Source: Catajapyx aquilonaris (lineage: Eukaryota). Taken from it: a DNA stretch of 64,000 bases. The position numbers were made by a program, and so were the translations under genes. The notes beneath the pieces are model-generated. The model saw only the letters and a list, made by a program, of their open reading frames with translations, searched no databases and was not told where the DNA came from. The DNA is taken from NCBI GenBank assembly GCA_000934665.2, contig KZ538239.1:1-64000 (forward strand). Reading direction: 5' to 3'. The stretch's first letter is position 1, and each line of letters begins with the position of its first letter. Shown here piece by piece: positions 41,184 to 53,044 of the stretch.

Positions 41184-43383
41184 TTTCCAGCCACACTGCC
41201 CCATCCATTGTGTTTTTAAGCTGCCCAGTCTCTCGGGCAGTCTCGGGTGTCGACCATGGCACAATGATCTATTGGTATAATGGAACATCAACGCGTTTTG
41301 GGTCCAGTAGTGGAGATCCCAGCTAAAACTTTCTTTGAACAATAAGATTGACCCAAAATGACATTAAATTTGGAAAATTTGAAGCATTTATATGCTTTAC
41401 CACTCAAAATACCCGAAGTAACCCGTACACTTATTTTTATATGCAAGGTTTTACTTTCTACGTGTCTCTTAGCGAATCCGCTATATGAAAAGCACAATTA
41501 TTTCAAGGCAAAAATCAGAGCTGGCGTGTTCACAAGCTTCTCATTCATTCAAGTAGGGAGCAAGAACTTGTTTAGATTTTGTAAATCTTAATTTTCCTAC
41601 ACAATTTTTCAAAACGCAACGAAAAAACATTTTCACCTTGCAGAGTCGCAGTATGAAAGCAAAATAATATTCTAGAAAGATTTCGACATTTCTCTGAGCG
41701 CAAAAGGTTATATCGGCAGAATAATTTTTACAGCTTATTAATTATTTAAAAAGGTTCATATTACTGCTGGAATGAATCCCACGCCATTGCATCGATCCGA
41801 TTGGTGCCTGTAAATTATGAGTCTCTTGGCATGAAACCAATGCATATTATAGCTGATCAGACGTGAGGATCTCCAACAACAGGGTGAGACCTTAAGAAGG
41901 TATTATAGTGCACTGTGTACATGTGTATAGCGATGGGATCACTTCAATGACCTCCTGTTTACCTCCTTATTCCGGACCTCAATTGCATCATATTGATGAA
42001 AAGATTCTGGTGGGAATAAGTGAAGAGCGGAAACGTGTTGCCATCTGATCCTATACCAATATGATTGTAATGATAAGTTCATAAATAATTCTGGTGACAA
42101 TATCCGTTCGCGGAATTCGTTGTGCATTCCCCCCCCCCCCCCAAAGCGTCACCCATCATACGTAGTTATCCATGATTTATGTCGCAATGATAGTCATTAG
42201 CCTTCACACTGGATCATTTGTACGTAATGATAAATGATAGCCAAAGTTCAGGATTATTGCTTCTAATGCACGTGGGAAGTACTTTGAAGAGACCTTTGAA
42301 GAGACATGACACTCGTCATTTCCTCATTTGCTGGCCAGTAATCAATGAGCGACTATGTGGTTCGCTCGGTGTTGTGCCTTTAGTGGTCGTCGCGGCGATG
42401 GTATCCATCTGACATCGTCATGCAAAGTCCTTGGAGAGGCCATTGGGAAAGCATATGAATAATAAATAGATCATTGATTTTCCGGACACGCACCTAGTAA
42501 CTGTACTCTATGAGGCAAAAAAAGAAAAGAAAAGAAAGAGCTTACTCATATGGAATCAAAACTGAAACGTCGGCCGGACATGCTATTCATTTACAAGATT
42601 CGCATCTTTGAAGTTCATTTTTTATTAACTTTCACTTCAGGTACATAATACACTCGTGAAAAATCCAATCCAACAGGCATTGTCTGCCTTACATGATGCG
42701 AATGAACAACGTGCAGGTACAGTATACCTGTCAAACACTACTCTATAAAGATCACTTTGGAGTTGAGCACCTTTCGTAGTTCCTCGCGTAAACTCCTTAT
42801 AAGGAACACTAAAATGCTATCGAACTCTATAGACATGCACTGCACACAGACATATGTGTTCTGAACATTATTCATTTATCCTGCCATGCGTACACGTCAT
42901 TTCAACCTTGAGAATATTATGGCCAACTCAGGACAATATATTGTAGCGTTTAAGAAATGAAGCAGTCTTCAAGATTGGTCAGTCTACCAAGCTCTTGGTC
43001 TACAAAATCAATTGACATGTTGTCCAAGTTTTTCACGTGGACGTTTCCACAATGAATAACCCAAGAGCAAGTGAAATATGGGAGAACCTTAACTAAACAT
43101 AATGTTACAGGGATTGATTATACTGCATTATTATTGTTCTCGATTTTTTAAATAGTGTTAAACTACTAGGCCTACTATGCAAATTGGCATGGATATGTTA
43201 CCTGCTCATTATCTTCCACATTTTATCGGGTGTGGCCATGGTCTGCCATTTCAACGGCTGTCATTGTTGAGTTGCTGACTACTTTAGAGCCGCGGATCGT
43301 GACAAAAATACACCCTCAAGGATGATTTCAATATTTTATCATCGGCTGACTGGAACTGCATTAAATCGACATGGGAAATCGCT

Positions 43384-46300
43384 TCACACAATTCCCTCTA
43401 CCTTTTTGCACATAAGTGGTCGACTGGAAGATTCGTTGTCTGCGTCCGACACGAACACGTCCGGAAGGTCAATGTCTGAACTTTTCCTTCTGTTCCCCGC
43501 CTCATTATTGCTGCCCACACCACAAATCTGGTCCAAGGTCCTCTTGGCCCTGCTCAACACCGATTCAGGATCGTTGTTGTCCTTGCTTTTAGACAACTCC
43601 GCGATCTGCTGCGGACTCGTCTGGCTCTTGATGACCGAGTTGTACGTCCTGATGATCGGAGGCAATGCAACTGGCCCATCTTGAAGATTCGTTGGAGCAG
43701 AAAAAGGTGCAGTGGCATTGAACAAAGGCGCGACGTCGTTGTCAGCCTGCTTCAGATTCTCCCAACCTCCAAAATCCGTTCGGATACTAGAGTCCAAAAA
43801 GTCAAGCACTCTGTCGAACTCTTCCTCGCTTCCTTTGGCTCTTCGGCGATGTCCCATCCGAGGTTCGGAGATGCTTCTGGGCTGCTGCTTCTGGTGGCAT
43901 TCCAGCCACCTTCTGGATCTCCTTCGACCTCTGGGTGCTTCGTCCTCGAGGGCCAGTGGGTCCTCGCTGTCGTATGTCCTCTGTCTTCCGACGTGGCAAC
44001 GCGGCCGGGGCACCATGGCCATCATTGAGTTGTCATCCACTTCCCAACGGATTGGTGACAGAGACTCAAACTCTGACTCGCAGCAACAGCAGAAACACAG
44101 CTGCCACCCTTTAGACTGCTGGCTGACCTTTGACTCCTGACCTTGTAGGTTTATCAAGGGCCTCAGCTGGTGGTGGTCATCTGTCGAGTGCCACTCTTCG
44201 TCCTCATCAGACACTACATACTTCTTACCGGGCCATCGCCTTCTTGTACGACGGTTATTCCGCTTTGACCTCCGCCTCTGCTTCTTCTGCAGCTTCACCT
44301 CAGGACTGACCCCTCCTGGAGATGGTGTCCTCTCCCGGTCCAACAAACTCGGATCCGGAAACTTGGCAGGAAATTTGGGAAACACTTGCGATTCTTTTCC
44401 CAGAAGATGCACCACGTCGCTGTGACTGTTGAGCTGGGCGAGCTCAAGTGCGCTCAATCCCTGGTCGTTCTTCTGACCTAAAAATATAAGAATCCGTGGT
44501 TAGTTGGCCCATTTGACATCGGGACAAAAACCCTGCGTTGCGCAACCATATTCAATGCCAGGTTGGATGGACAAGTCGTGCATTATCGATGTAGTGCGAA
44601 GGCGTTTTGTTTGTCAACAAGGACGTACCGGCATTGCAAAGGCCAACAACCAGCATGGTACAGCCCCAGGGTCACACTGACGAAGAGTGACCACCCCCAT
44701 GGAGTGTACTCAGAAACTTCGAGTTCTTCGTGGGTGTAAGCCTAGTGTGAAAGAGACCAAGTGGACGAGCGATCCGACACGCATGGCTCGTAACCTGTCT
44801 ATGCAATGTCCTATAAGGGAAAAGGACAGTCGGCCTACATGCCCCTGTTTCCTGGGGAACCGGAACAACCCCCCCACCATTCCTATACCGACCAATCTAT
44901 AAAACTCTTGTCCCTCCTCCCCAACTCAAGCCCCACCACCTCACCTGCCTACTGACTCGACCAGATGTAATTTGCTGATAACACGTGGTAAACTTGTGCC
45001 GTATGCAATGTTAATTCACAAGTGGTCGACCCCCTCTCCCCCCTTCCAGATATTGACAGGGACATTCACTTAGCACTTGTGATTATGGGCCGCATTTACG
45101 GTCCTTGAAAACGGTAATCGTTACACTCGCACAACCCAAATGGTCGAAAGCCTTATTGCAATAATCTGGCTGTAATATTCCACCCACAGCATGAAAAGGC
45201 GTGCGGAATTTCACGTAATAAGCTTTTTTTTTTCTTTGTGAAAATGTATTTGATCGTGTGAACCGCTGTAGGAGTCAAAGGTTATCCCAAAGAGTGAAAT
45301 GTCATTGAACAAATGACAAAAAGAGATCCTTTGATTGCTCTATGCCCTGAAAATTGACAAATGTGTGACATGCAGGATGTGCTTTTAACTCACTTAACAA
45401 CACAAAAAGACTAGCCATAATTATCTATAGATATTCAGATACAGCAGTATATGCTGCCAATTTGTGATAACAGCCCTGTATTACGCGTTCTGGTCTGGTA
45501 ATTTATCCCATTATTAGAAGTATAATTATGTAAATTTTTAAATGTTTTACTTATCACTGAACACTTTTTCTAGGAAAGTGTCGTGTTGGTGAATAAATAT
45601 TGCTTGTGGCCATTGCTTGTGAAAAGTATGCGACTTATTTGTGCACGCGTTAATTGCAATTGACATCATAACAAGCATATTAAGCACGAGGAGCTTATAC
45701 GATAAAATGTAGAGTCTATTCGATCAAGATAACATCAAGTGGAGCCTTTAAACAAAAACAAATAGAGGATGATGTTAGGTTATGTCACATATTATGCAGT
45801 TAAGCGGAACACTAACATTATTACATAGCCATCTAGGTACACAAAAACACTGAATAAACACGTAATTGAAAAGGGAAAAAAATGAAGTTAGTCTGCGTCA
45901 TCCACAGAATACTCCAGGTCTACCGTTTTGCTCCAATAAACATTGAAAATAGATACGTACCGTAGATCAGTCCGTTGCATATTGCCAAAGGAACCAAATA
46001 CTTTGCCCTTCAGTTTATTTCAGACGCATATTGGCTGACATGAATGATTGACGACGTCTGATAATTCCCTGGGCTCATGAAACATTGATCATCCAGCAAG
46101 AAAGGCTATACACTGGCATAGCCGGGGGGGCCATAGTCGATAGATATATAGGCATTCATGACATTGACCAAGGAACTCTCCAAATGGCACACCATATGCT
46201 CGTCTGAACATGCCCATTCATAACTCATCTTGTTAACTTCCGGATGGCCATCGACTTTGTTCTTAGGGTGGTTGCAACACAGTCAAGGTATACGTACCTA

Positions 46301-48236
46301 TTACTAAAAGGAGCTGGAGAGGCGTGAGCGTGGATAGAATCGCAGACACGATGTCGCAAAAGCCAAGGGCAGCAGCGTACATCAAAACGGTGTTGCCGTC
46401 GTTGTCGCTCACCGTAATGTCCACACCTTTCTGCGTCGGATGAAACGGATTTATTAAATATTCAGATTCCTGTATCACTCATTCTGATTGAAGACTATGA
46501 ATTAGTAATGGCCATGCAGTCCGATAGTTGCTGAAAGGGTTTCTGCTCAACAATTGAAATCGATAATTTCCATTGAAGACCACTACAGAGAATACTGAGT
46601 ATAGTCATTAGTTAGTCCATCTCTTTTTTAGAGGTGATTCACTAAAATTTATGTCCACGCATGCTTACGTATATAGTCCACCAACACAATGTATAGTTGA
46701 AAATGTATATGCACACGACATTCACCTCCTATGCGCAATTGCTCTAAATAATTCAAAAGAGGATAGATGGAGAGATAATTACGTCCTATTCGAATGAATA
46801 GAGTGATGAGTCCGAACGACAAGTCCTCTTATAGCGTGTATATGCCCATATCGTGCAATGTCCTTCTCTGCCTAGCAATTATCCTAATGGGCTCAAGTGG
46901 GTCAGTGTTAGTGCCCCCTGTACTTATAGTCCCAATAGGCCCCCACTTATAGCTATTTTGCAACGTGTAAACAACCAGGTCAAACAACTGATCACTGAAA
47001 GTGTCAATGCTCACCAATACCTTGTTAGGTAATCCAATGCCCTTCATGACATGCAACAATGAGATCACGCTAACAGTACTTTTTCCGCCTATTATTGCAA
47101 AGTCCAACATTTTTTTATTGGCCTCTATCGAGTTGATACTATAACCACACCGATAGCGTGCTCGAAATAATGGACACGCGAAAATAAATGGCACCCGGAT
47201 CTTTCTCAACTGCTGAAGTGAAGCAATGCTTTTTGGTGGCCATTTTTGCAAACATTAGCTTTCTCGGTAGGGGTTGTTGGCCAATTGTGCATGCAGGAAA
47301 TTGTGCGCAGAAGACATGGCATGACACTCACCGCTCTTTTAATAACATGGAATAAGTCCGGATCACTTCCCAGCACGGATCGGATCAAAGGCGTGACCCC
47401 GTGGAGGTCAGGTGAGTTGGGGTCAGCTCCTGAGTCCAGCAGGAGACGGACCAGGTGCTTCCTTCTGGTCTGGTCTTGCACGTTGGTAATGGCCCACATC
47501 AATGGAGTCTCGCCTACGTATTTATAATTATAGTGGCCTTGGATTAACGATTTGCCAGGCTTCATGACTCGCAGGCATTTTGGAGAACCCCCTTTTTGTT
47601 TTCCTCCCTCTGGCTTACAATACAATCACGAAATGCCAGGCCAAAGAATGTTATCAGACCCATATAGTTCAAGCCCATTATGAGATAGCCTGCACGCTAA
47701 TTTGGCTTTAAAATTTTTAAACCCCCCGGCCATTTGAGGGGGCACGGAAAATTCCCCATGAGCAATGCTCATATATGCATGCAAAAAGGCACCTTCCTCG
47801 TAACAAAAAAAAAAAAACCGGACATTCTGTCAAAATGAAGGTCGTTCGCCTTCTCCTTATCATGACAAATGTGCTCACCTGTCAATATTGAGAGCACCTA
47901 TTCATTATGCACAAAAGCCAGGGCCAGTCACGCTCGTTGATTAAACTCTGACCATAAAAGTGCCTAAAAAGAGACGGCGCCTGTGTCCCCGAGGACATTA
48001 GACCCTCCATCGACAGCTCTAAATCTATATTGGCACTAATAGATATTGCCAGGGGAGGTTGGAATAGGAAATGAGCACCTGTTCATAGATTGTTACTCAC
48101 CTCTTTCGTTTCTGGAGTTCACGTCTGCTCCGGCTTCAGCGATCAGTTTGGCCTGACGTAACCTGCCTTTTTGTATGGCGTCAAAAAATGGGCTGAATTC
48201 GGCAGATTTGCAGGGAATTAACTTGTCTCCTCTCAT
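43384..48236 (-). CDS. Ankyrin-repeat protein, ANKRD34/ANKRD63-like: ~5 N-terminal ANK repeats plus a disordered tail, ~514 aa
   Basis: Exons 48101-48236, 47332-47513, 46298-46430 and 43384-44477 are GT-AG and phase-consistent (1545 nt). They give FFDAIQKGRLRQAKLIAEAGADVNSRNERGETPLMWA..LVRLLLDSGADPNSPDLHGVTPL..DNDGNTVLMYAAALG..KNDQGLSALELA. The exact 3' end is less certain because of a possible donor at AAG|GTAGAG near 43401. Confidence 0.85.
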
Positions 48237-48907
48237 TGCACTTGTTGGGATAATAAAAATAATGCAGCATTTTAAACACCAATTTGGTTTTAGAGGTATT
48301 GTTTAATGAGGCCTCACAATGGCAACGCTGATGTCACAGAGTTGCCATTTTTTGACATGCAATAGCAATATGACCTTATGCAAACGTTGCCATAGATTGC
48401 GGAAGGTCAGTGCAAATTTGTACATGTTAATCGTCTCTTCCATTAATCATACAACTGACTTACCTTCTTGCCTGAATTGTTGGCGTGACGTCTCCGGACA
48501 AGAGCTAAGTTGTCTGTTGCAGTTTGCCGAACCTGAGGGCCATTGCCAGGTAGGTGTACAAAAAAAGGACCCCCAAGAGAAAGCAAGCTTCTCACCTCTT
48601 TTCGTCCAATAGGAGCAGAGTTGTTCCGCCAACGTGGGTCAGATCGATGGACTAACCGCAAGAACCTGCAGCCATCTCTCATGAATCAGATTGCAAGAAT
48701 GCACGCACCTCTGGTTCTAATTGCTCTTCATTCATTGGCAAGATAAAGATTAGGCCAAGACTGGCGTATGCAATAAAATCACGAAACTGTGTGCCCAGCA
48801 AAGATGCACCAATTTCCCAGAGACCTTACACAGTCAGACTGTGCAGGAACAGAAGGATTAGAGTATTACTCAGGACGTAGGTATATAGTTTATTTAATTT
48901 CTTCAGG

Positions 48908-51041
48908 TCATTTTAATCTCTTTTCGAACTCCTTCACAAACGAGGGGTAAAATTTTCCACATTTGGTGTACTCAACTTTCTTCAGGTATTTTTGAATATT
49001 TGTCCACAGAATATGAGGATCAGATCCTACTTCATGCTGAAAAAAAACACAGATTTTTTTCATAAATGGTCAGAATTACGTTGCGTGAAAAATAAACTCT
49101 AACCTGTTCATATGCCATGTAGACTGCTTTATATGCAATTACCGTATTACTTTCAAAGGCGTGAATGAGGCCATGCAAAATAGCAATACCATATGTATCT
49201 GCAGAATCACACCTGTTTCGAGGATAATGACAGTAAGCAAAACGGTAGTTATATCGGCATGAAGGCACGTACAAAAGATCTGCAAAAGAGTTTGTAAAAA
49301 ATTAATTCTCCCAAGTGGCTCAGCGAATAAACCATGACTTATGTACCTTGATGTTCGTTAAAAATAATGTTAACAATATCCTGGTCAAATAAGAAAAGGT
49401 CACGTTTCCATTGGTTGTAAACTTTTATGACCTTCTCGTTCCATCCAAACTGACGCATTTTTGGCAAATTCATAAAGAACACTCCAGAATTTACACCTGG
49501 AAGAAAAGTACTCAAACATAATATTATACGTTTGTTTCACGATTAAGCTTACACATAAAAATGTCCAGGAATTCTCCTGCCTCGGTTTGTTATTGATTGA
49601 CTAACTGCTGTTAATAATTATTATTATTTATTACTCGTTAATAATTTACTCGCAGCGAATCTATGAAAATATGATCAATGAACAACATACAAGGAAACTT
49701 AATTTATTCAAGACTTCCAGGTTGTCGCAGTAACCGTACGCAACATTTTCACCTAAATGAATGTAAGCTTCACATTTTATTATCTCTTAAGCATAATAAT
49801 AACAAAACATACAATTTCTTACCAAACGGAGGGAAGAAGGGAAAATTCACGCGCCATTTTGCGTAGTATGTGTGTTCATTGTGCATTCCGTCTGGAGCTA
49901 AGGCAGCAATTTGACTGGAGTTCATTTTTACGAACACTTCATCCCACAATTCTTCTAAGGGGATCATGAAAAGTATGTCCGTGTCCACATACAGACAAGA
50001 CTCCACGTGCTGCAACACTGACTGAAATGAATGATGATGGTAATAGTTGTGCTGTGTTGAATAAAATATTAAAGCTCTTCATTATTTATTCTCAGATGAT
50101 TATCTTGTACTGATTATAAATTAGTGCTTATAAAATAATATTGATGAATGTCAAAGAGTACGAAACATACCGGTAAAAACAGCCTTTGAGTTGCGCATGG
50201 TTTGAACAAATTTTTCCACTCTTCAACTACGTCTTCAGGTACAGGAAATGTAGAAGGCAAAAGTTCAAAAGTAAAGCGCTTTTTCACATCATCTGGCCAA
50301 TTTTGCAACTGCAAATTAAAGTGCTGTGGTAACTTAGAAGACACAAGCTCCCGAGAATCTGAATTATATTGAAAACTGACCCTTTTCTGGACCTCTTGAA
50401 CCATGTCCGTAAATATAATGACATGCACTGTTTCTCGGGTGAAAACAGTGACTGATTTGAGCATGACCATGCCTTGAGAGATTCTCTCCCCACACATGGC
50501 TACAGCTAGGTTGATCCTCTCTCTGTGACATAAATTCGACAATAATATATAACATACTGACATGGTGTTTCTCTGCTCGAGTTGACGGTCCAAGAGGGAG
50601 GATATGGGACAATAGCCCACTTCCAACATGCATGGGTCGCATATAGACGCAAAGAAATATGCAGAAAGGTAAAGGTAAATAATAACTTATGCAAAAGTTA
50701 AAGATAATTTACCAATCTTCCTTCCAGCATCCTTCTTATTAGGACCGTCAACTTGGGCAGAGAAACACTCTTGTATATTAGGACGACATGATTAGAACAA
50801 TCGTAACATAAATGAACAGTAAATGATAGAAAATATGGTATGCTTACGTTACATGGGTTAATCGTAGTTTTGCTTCTGTACTTTGTGCTTTCTTCAATAA
50901 TACTGGGGCTGATGATTTGAGAGCTGTGCTGTCCATGTCCACATTAGCATTATGACCTATTACCCAGAAAGTAAAGCTGAGGACAGTCGATACGGTGAAG
51001 CAGATGATTGCAGCCGCGGGAAGTGCCAGATGCCGCTTCAT
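48908..51041 (-). CDS. GT8 glucoside xylosyltransferase-like paralog A (divergent), 375 aa, 7 coding exons
   Basis: Exons 50848-51041, 50381-50522, 50171-50308, 49823-50021, 49347-49496, 49104-49279 and 48908-49036 are in frame. Type II TM N-terminus; WKNLFKPCATQRLFLP, YVDTD, GVNSGV, LFDQD, CRYNYR, ILHG. AATAAA at 48889-48894. Confidence 0.9.
50565..50768. mobile_element. MITE in coding intron 1 of GXYLT-like paralog A; homologous copies in paralogs C and D, remnant in B
   Basis: 27-bp TIRs GTGTTTCTCTGCTCGAGTTGACGGTCC (50565-50591) and GGACCGTCAACTTGGGCAGAGAAACAC (50742-50768) match at 25/27. The copies at 57352 and 60379 start CAGTGTTTCTC, a hAT-like end. Confidence 0.7.
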
Positions 51042-52955
51042 GGCTATAGGGTCAATCTGGAAAACCTTGTATACAAATTGGTAGCACGGAATATATTATT
51101 GAGTGACAATATAACACTCACCTCTTTACACAAATCACTAAATTCTGATGGTGCAGTCTCTCCACACGTACCATAGAAATACAGCAGATGTAACGACGCT
51201 CCAAAAATTACCTACACTCGAGAGATTCAAAGTGGCAGTATATACACCTTCAAACGACTACGAGAGAGAGAAATTCTCTACTAAGTGTGAAAAGAAACAA
51301 GAAAAAATATGGAAGCAACATATCTCCTTTGTCGAAGTAAAAGGCATGTCAGACGTCAATTTGCATATTAAAATGAGGTGCTCGTCCATCTGCTCTTACA
51401 ATGGATTACATATGTATACATGCCATACTTTACATGGCCCAGCAGCCAGCACCAGTAAATTGCAGTAAACCTCCCGCCAGCAGTACTCGGTGGCCTACCT
51501 GTAATACAGTTCACACACCTCCTTTGTCATTGTTATATACACCGGCATTGTGGAACACGCCTCACTCATACGACGAGACATTGATGCCACTAAAATAATG
51601 TCATATCATACAGTTATTAATACAGCATAATAATTATATTATTATAGCCATATTATAATATCGAAAATTTGAAATCATTACTTATATGGGTGAATGGAGA
51701 TTTCTGCCTGGCCCCATAGAAGACGTGACAGTGTACAGTGCTCACAAATATTTCGTGCTGTAAACCCTCTATAATAGTGTGGGATTAGGATGCCAAACAA
51801 GTTCATACAAGCTTTTTCTATATATTTCAGTAGTTTTTTTGGAGTTCTTCCGTTTCCTCTCATTGTTCAAAATCTCTCTTCCTCTCTTACTCTCCCCAGA
51901 TAACCTAACCTTATAGTTGCTTTGGCTCCCCAATCAGCCAACCAATATATTGATGAAGACATTGTAGAAAGGCAGCACGATGATTACATAATGCCTTAAT
52001 CCCGTAAATTACTGTAGCTAACGTCGAGAAAAAATCACAACGTGACAGAGTCCAAAATAAATGAGAATGTGTTCAATAATGTGCTATTGTGTATAGAATA
52101 ATCAGCAAAATGGCTGCTAAAAGTGGTTGACAACAAGACAACAAAAATTTAAACATATTTAGGTACAGTATTACACTTTGGGATAACTTCTTTTGATTAT
52201 GAATACTGGCATATCTCGATTCCTTGTTTTACACCAGCAGATTAGGTCTGTGGAACTTATCCTGACCCAAATAAACGACACTGTTAACCCTTTAAGATAA
52301 TTAATATGAAACAACTTCATCACATCACTTCAACAGAGGCAGTTTATTTATCTTGCTTGTGTGAAGCATGTTCTAAATAATGCATGGTAGACTTTTCTCT
52401 CGAATAATCACAATGGCCTAAATAATTTTTGCAGTGATATTGAAGGAGCGTGGAATAGTTTTGTTTAAAAAATTGAACAACATGAAGAAGGTGAAAAATC
52501 TTTCAGTCAGTGTCAGTTAAACTTAGTCTATCTTTGCAGAATTCTCAGTAACCTTTGCAGCAAATAATGCAAAATGATGAGAATTGGCAATTAGCCAATG
52601 GCAATTTCTGCCTTTTGCAGTCTAATATATGCCATACAGTTAGTTCAAAGAGTCATACCAGATGGATTTAAAATACTATTCTTATCATTAAGCGGACGTT
52701 ACAACTTCATCTTATGATTTTGTGCTGCATGAAAATTTGGCTCGCTGAATGTATACGAGGGTGATCAAATGAATATCTTTAAAATGCACAAACTTTATAA
52801 AACGTGATTGCTGGGGATGCCATTTGGTTAAGTGAACCTGACATGATCATGGTGCAATACAGGAACTTATTGTTCTTGATTTATGTTGTGCATTCCAGAC
52901 AGCTGAAACCAAAACACTTTTAAAAACTTCGCAACTCTTAAATTACTATTTTTGC

Positions 52956-53026
52956 TTTATTATATATAATTTTTATTGGTATCACTTTTCAAACTTCTTC
53001 ATAAATAATGAGGAGATTTTGCCACA
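52956..53026 (-). pseudogene. Remnant of the terminal exon of a deleted C/D-type GXYLT paralog
   Basis: Reads CGKISSLFMKKFEK* versus CGKSPSLFMKAFEKRY in paralogs C and D. It is followed by the C/D-type 3' flank. Confidence 0.7.
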
Positions 53027-53044
53027 CTGTTTTCTTTCTTTAGT

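Noticed and set aside
50713..50769. Apparent extra small exon in GXYLT paralog A (AG...GTAAAT)
   Set aside because: It overlaps the right TIR of the intronic MITE, and exon 1 already splices in phase to exon 2 without it.
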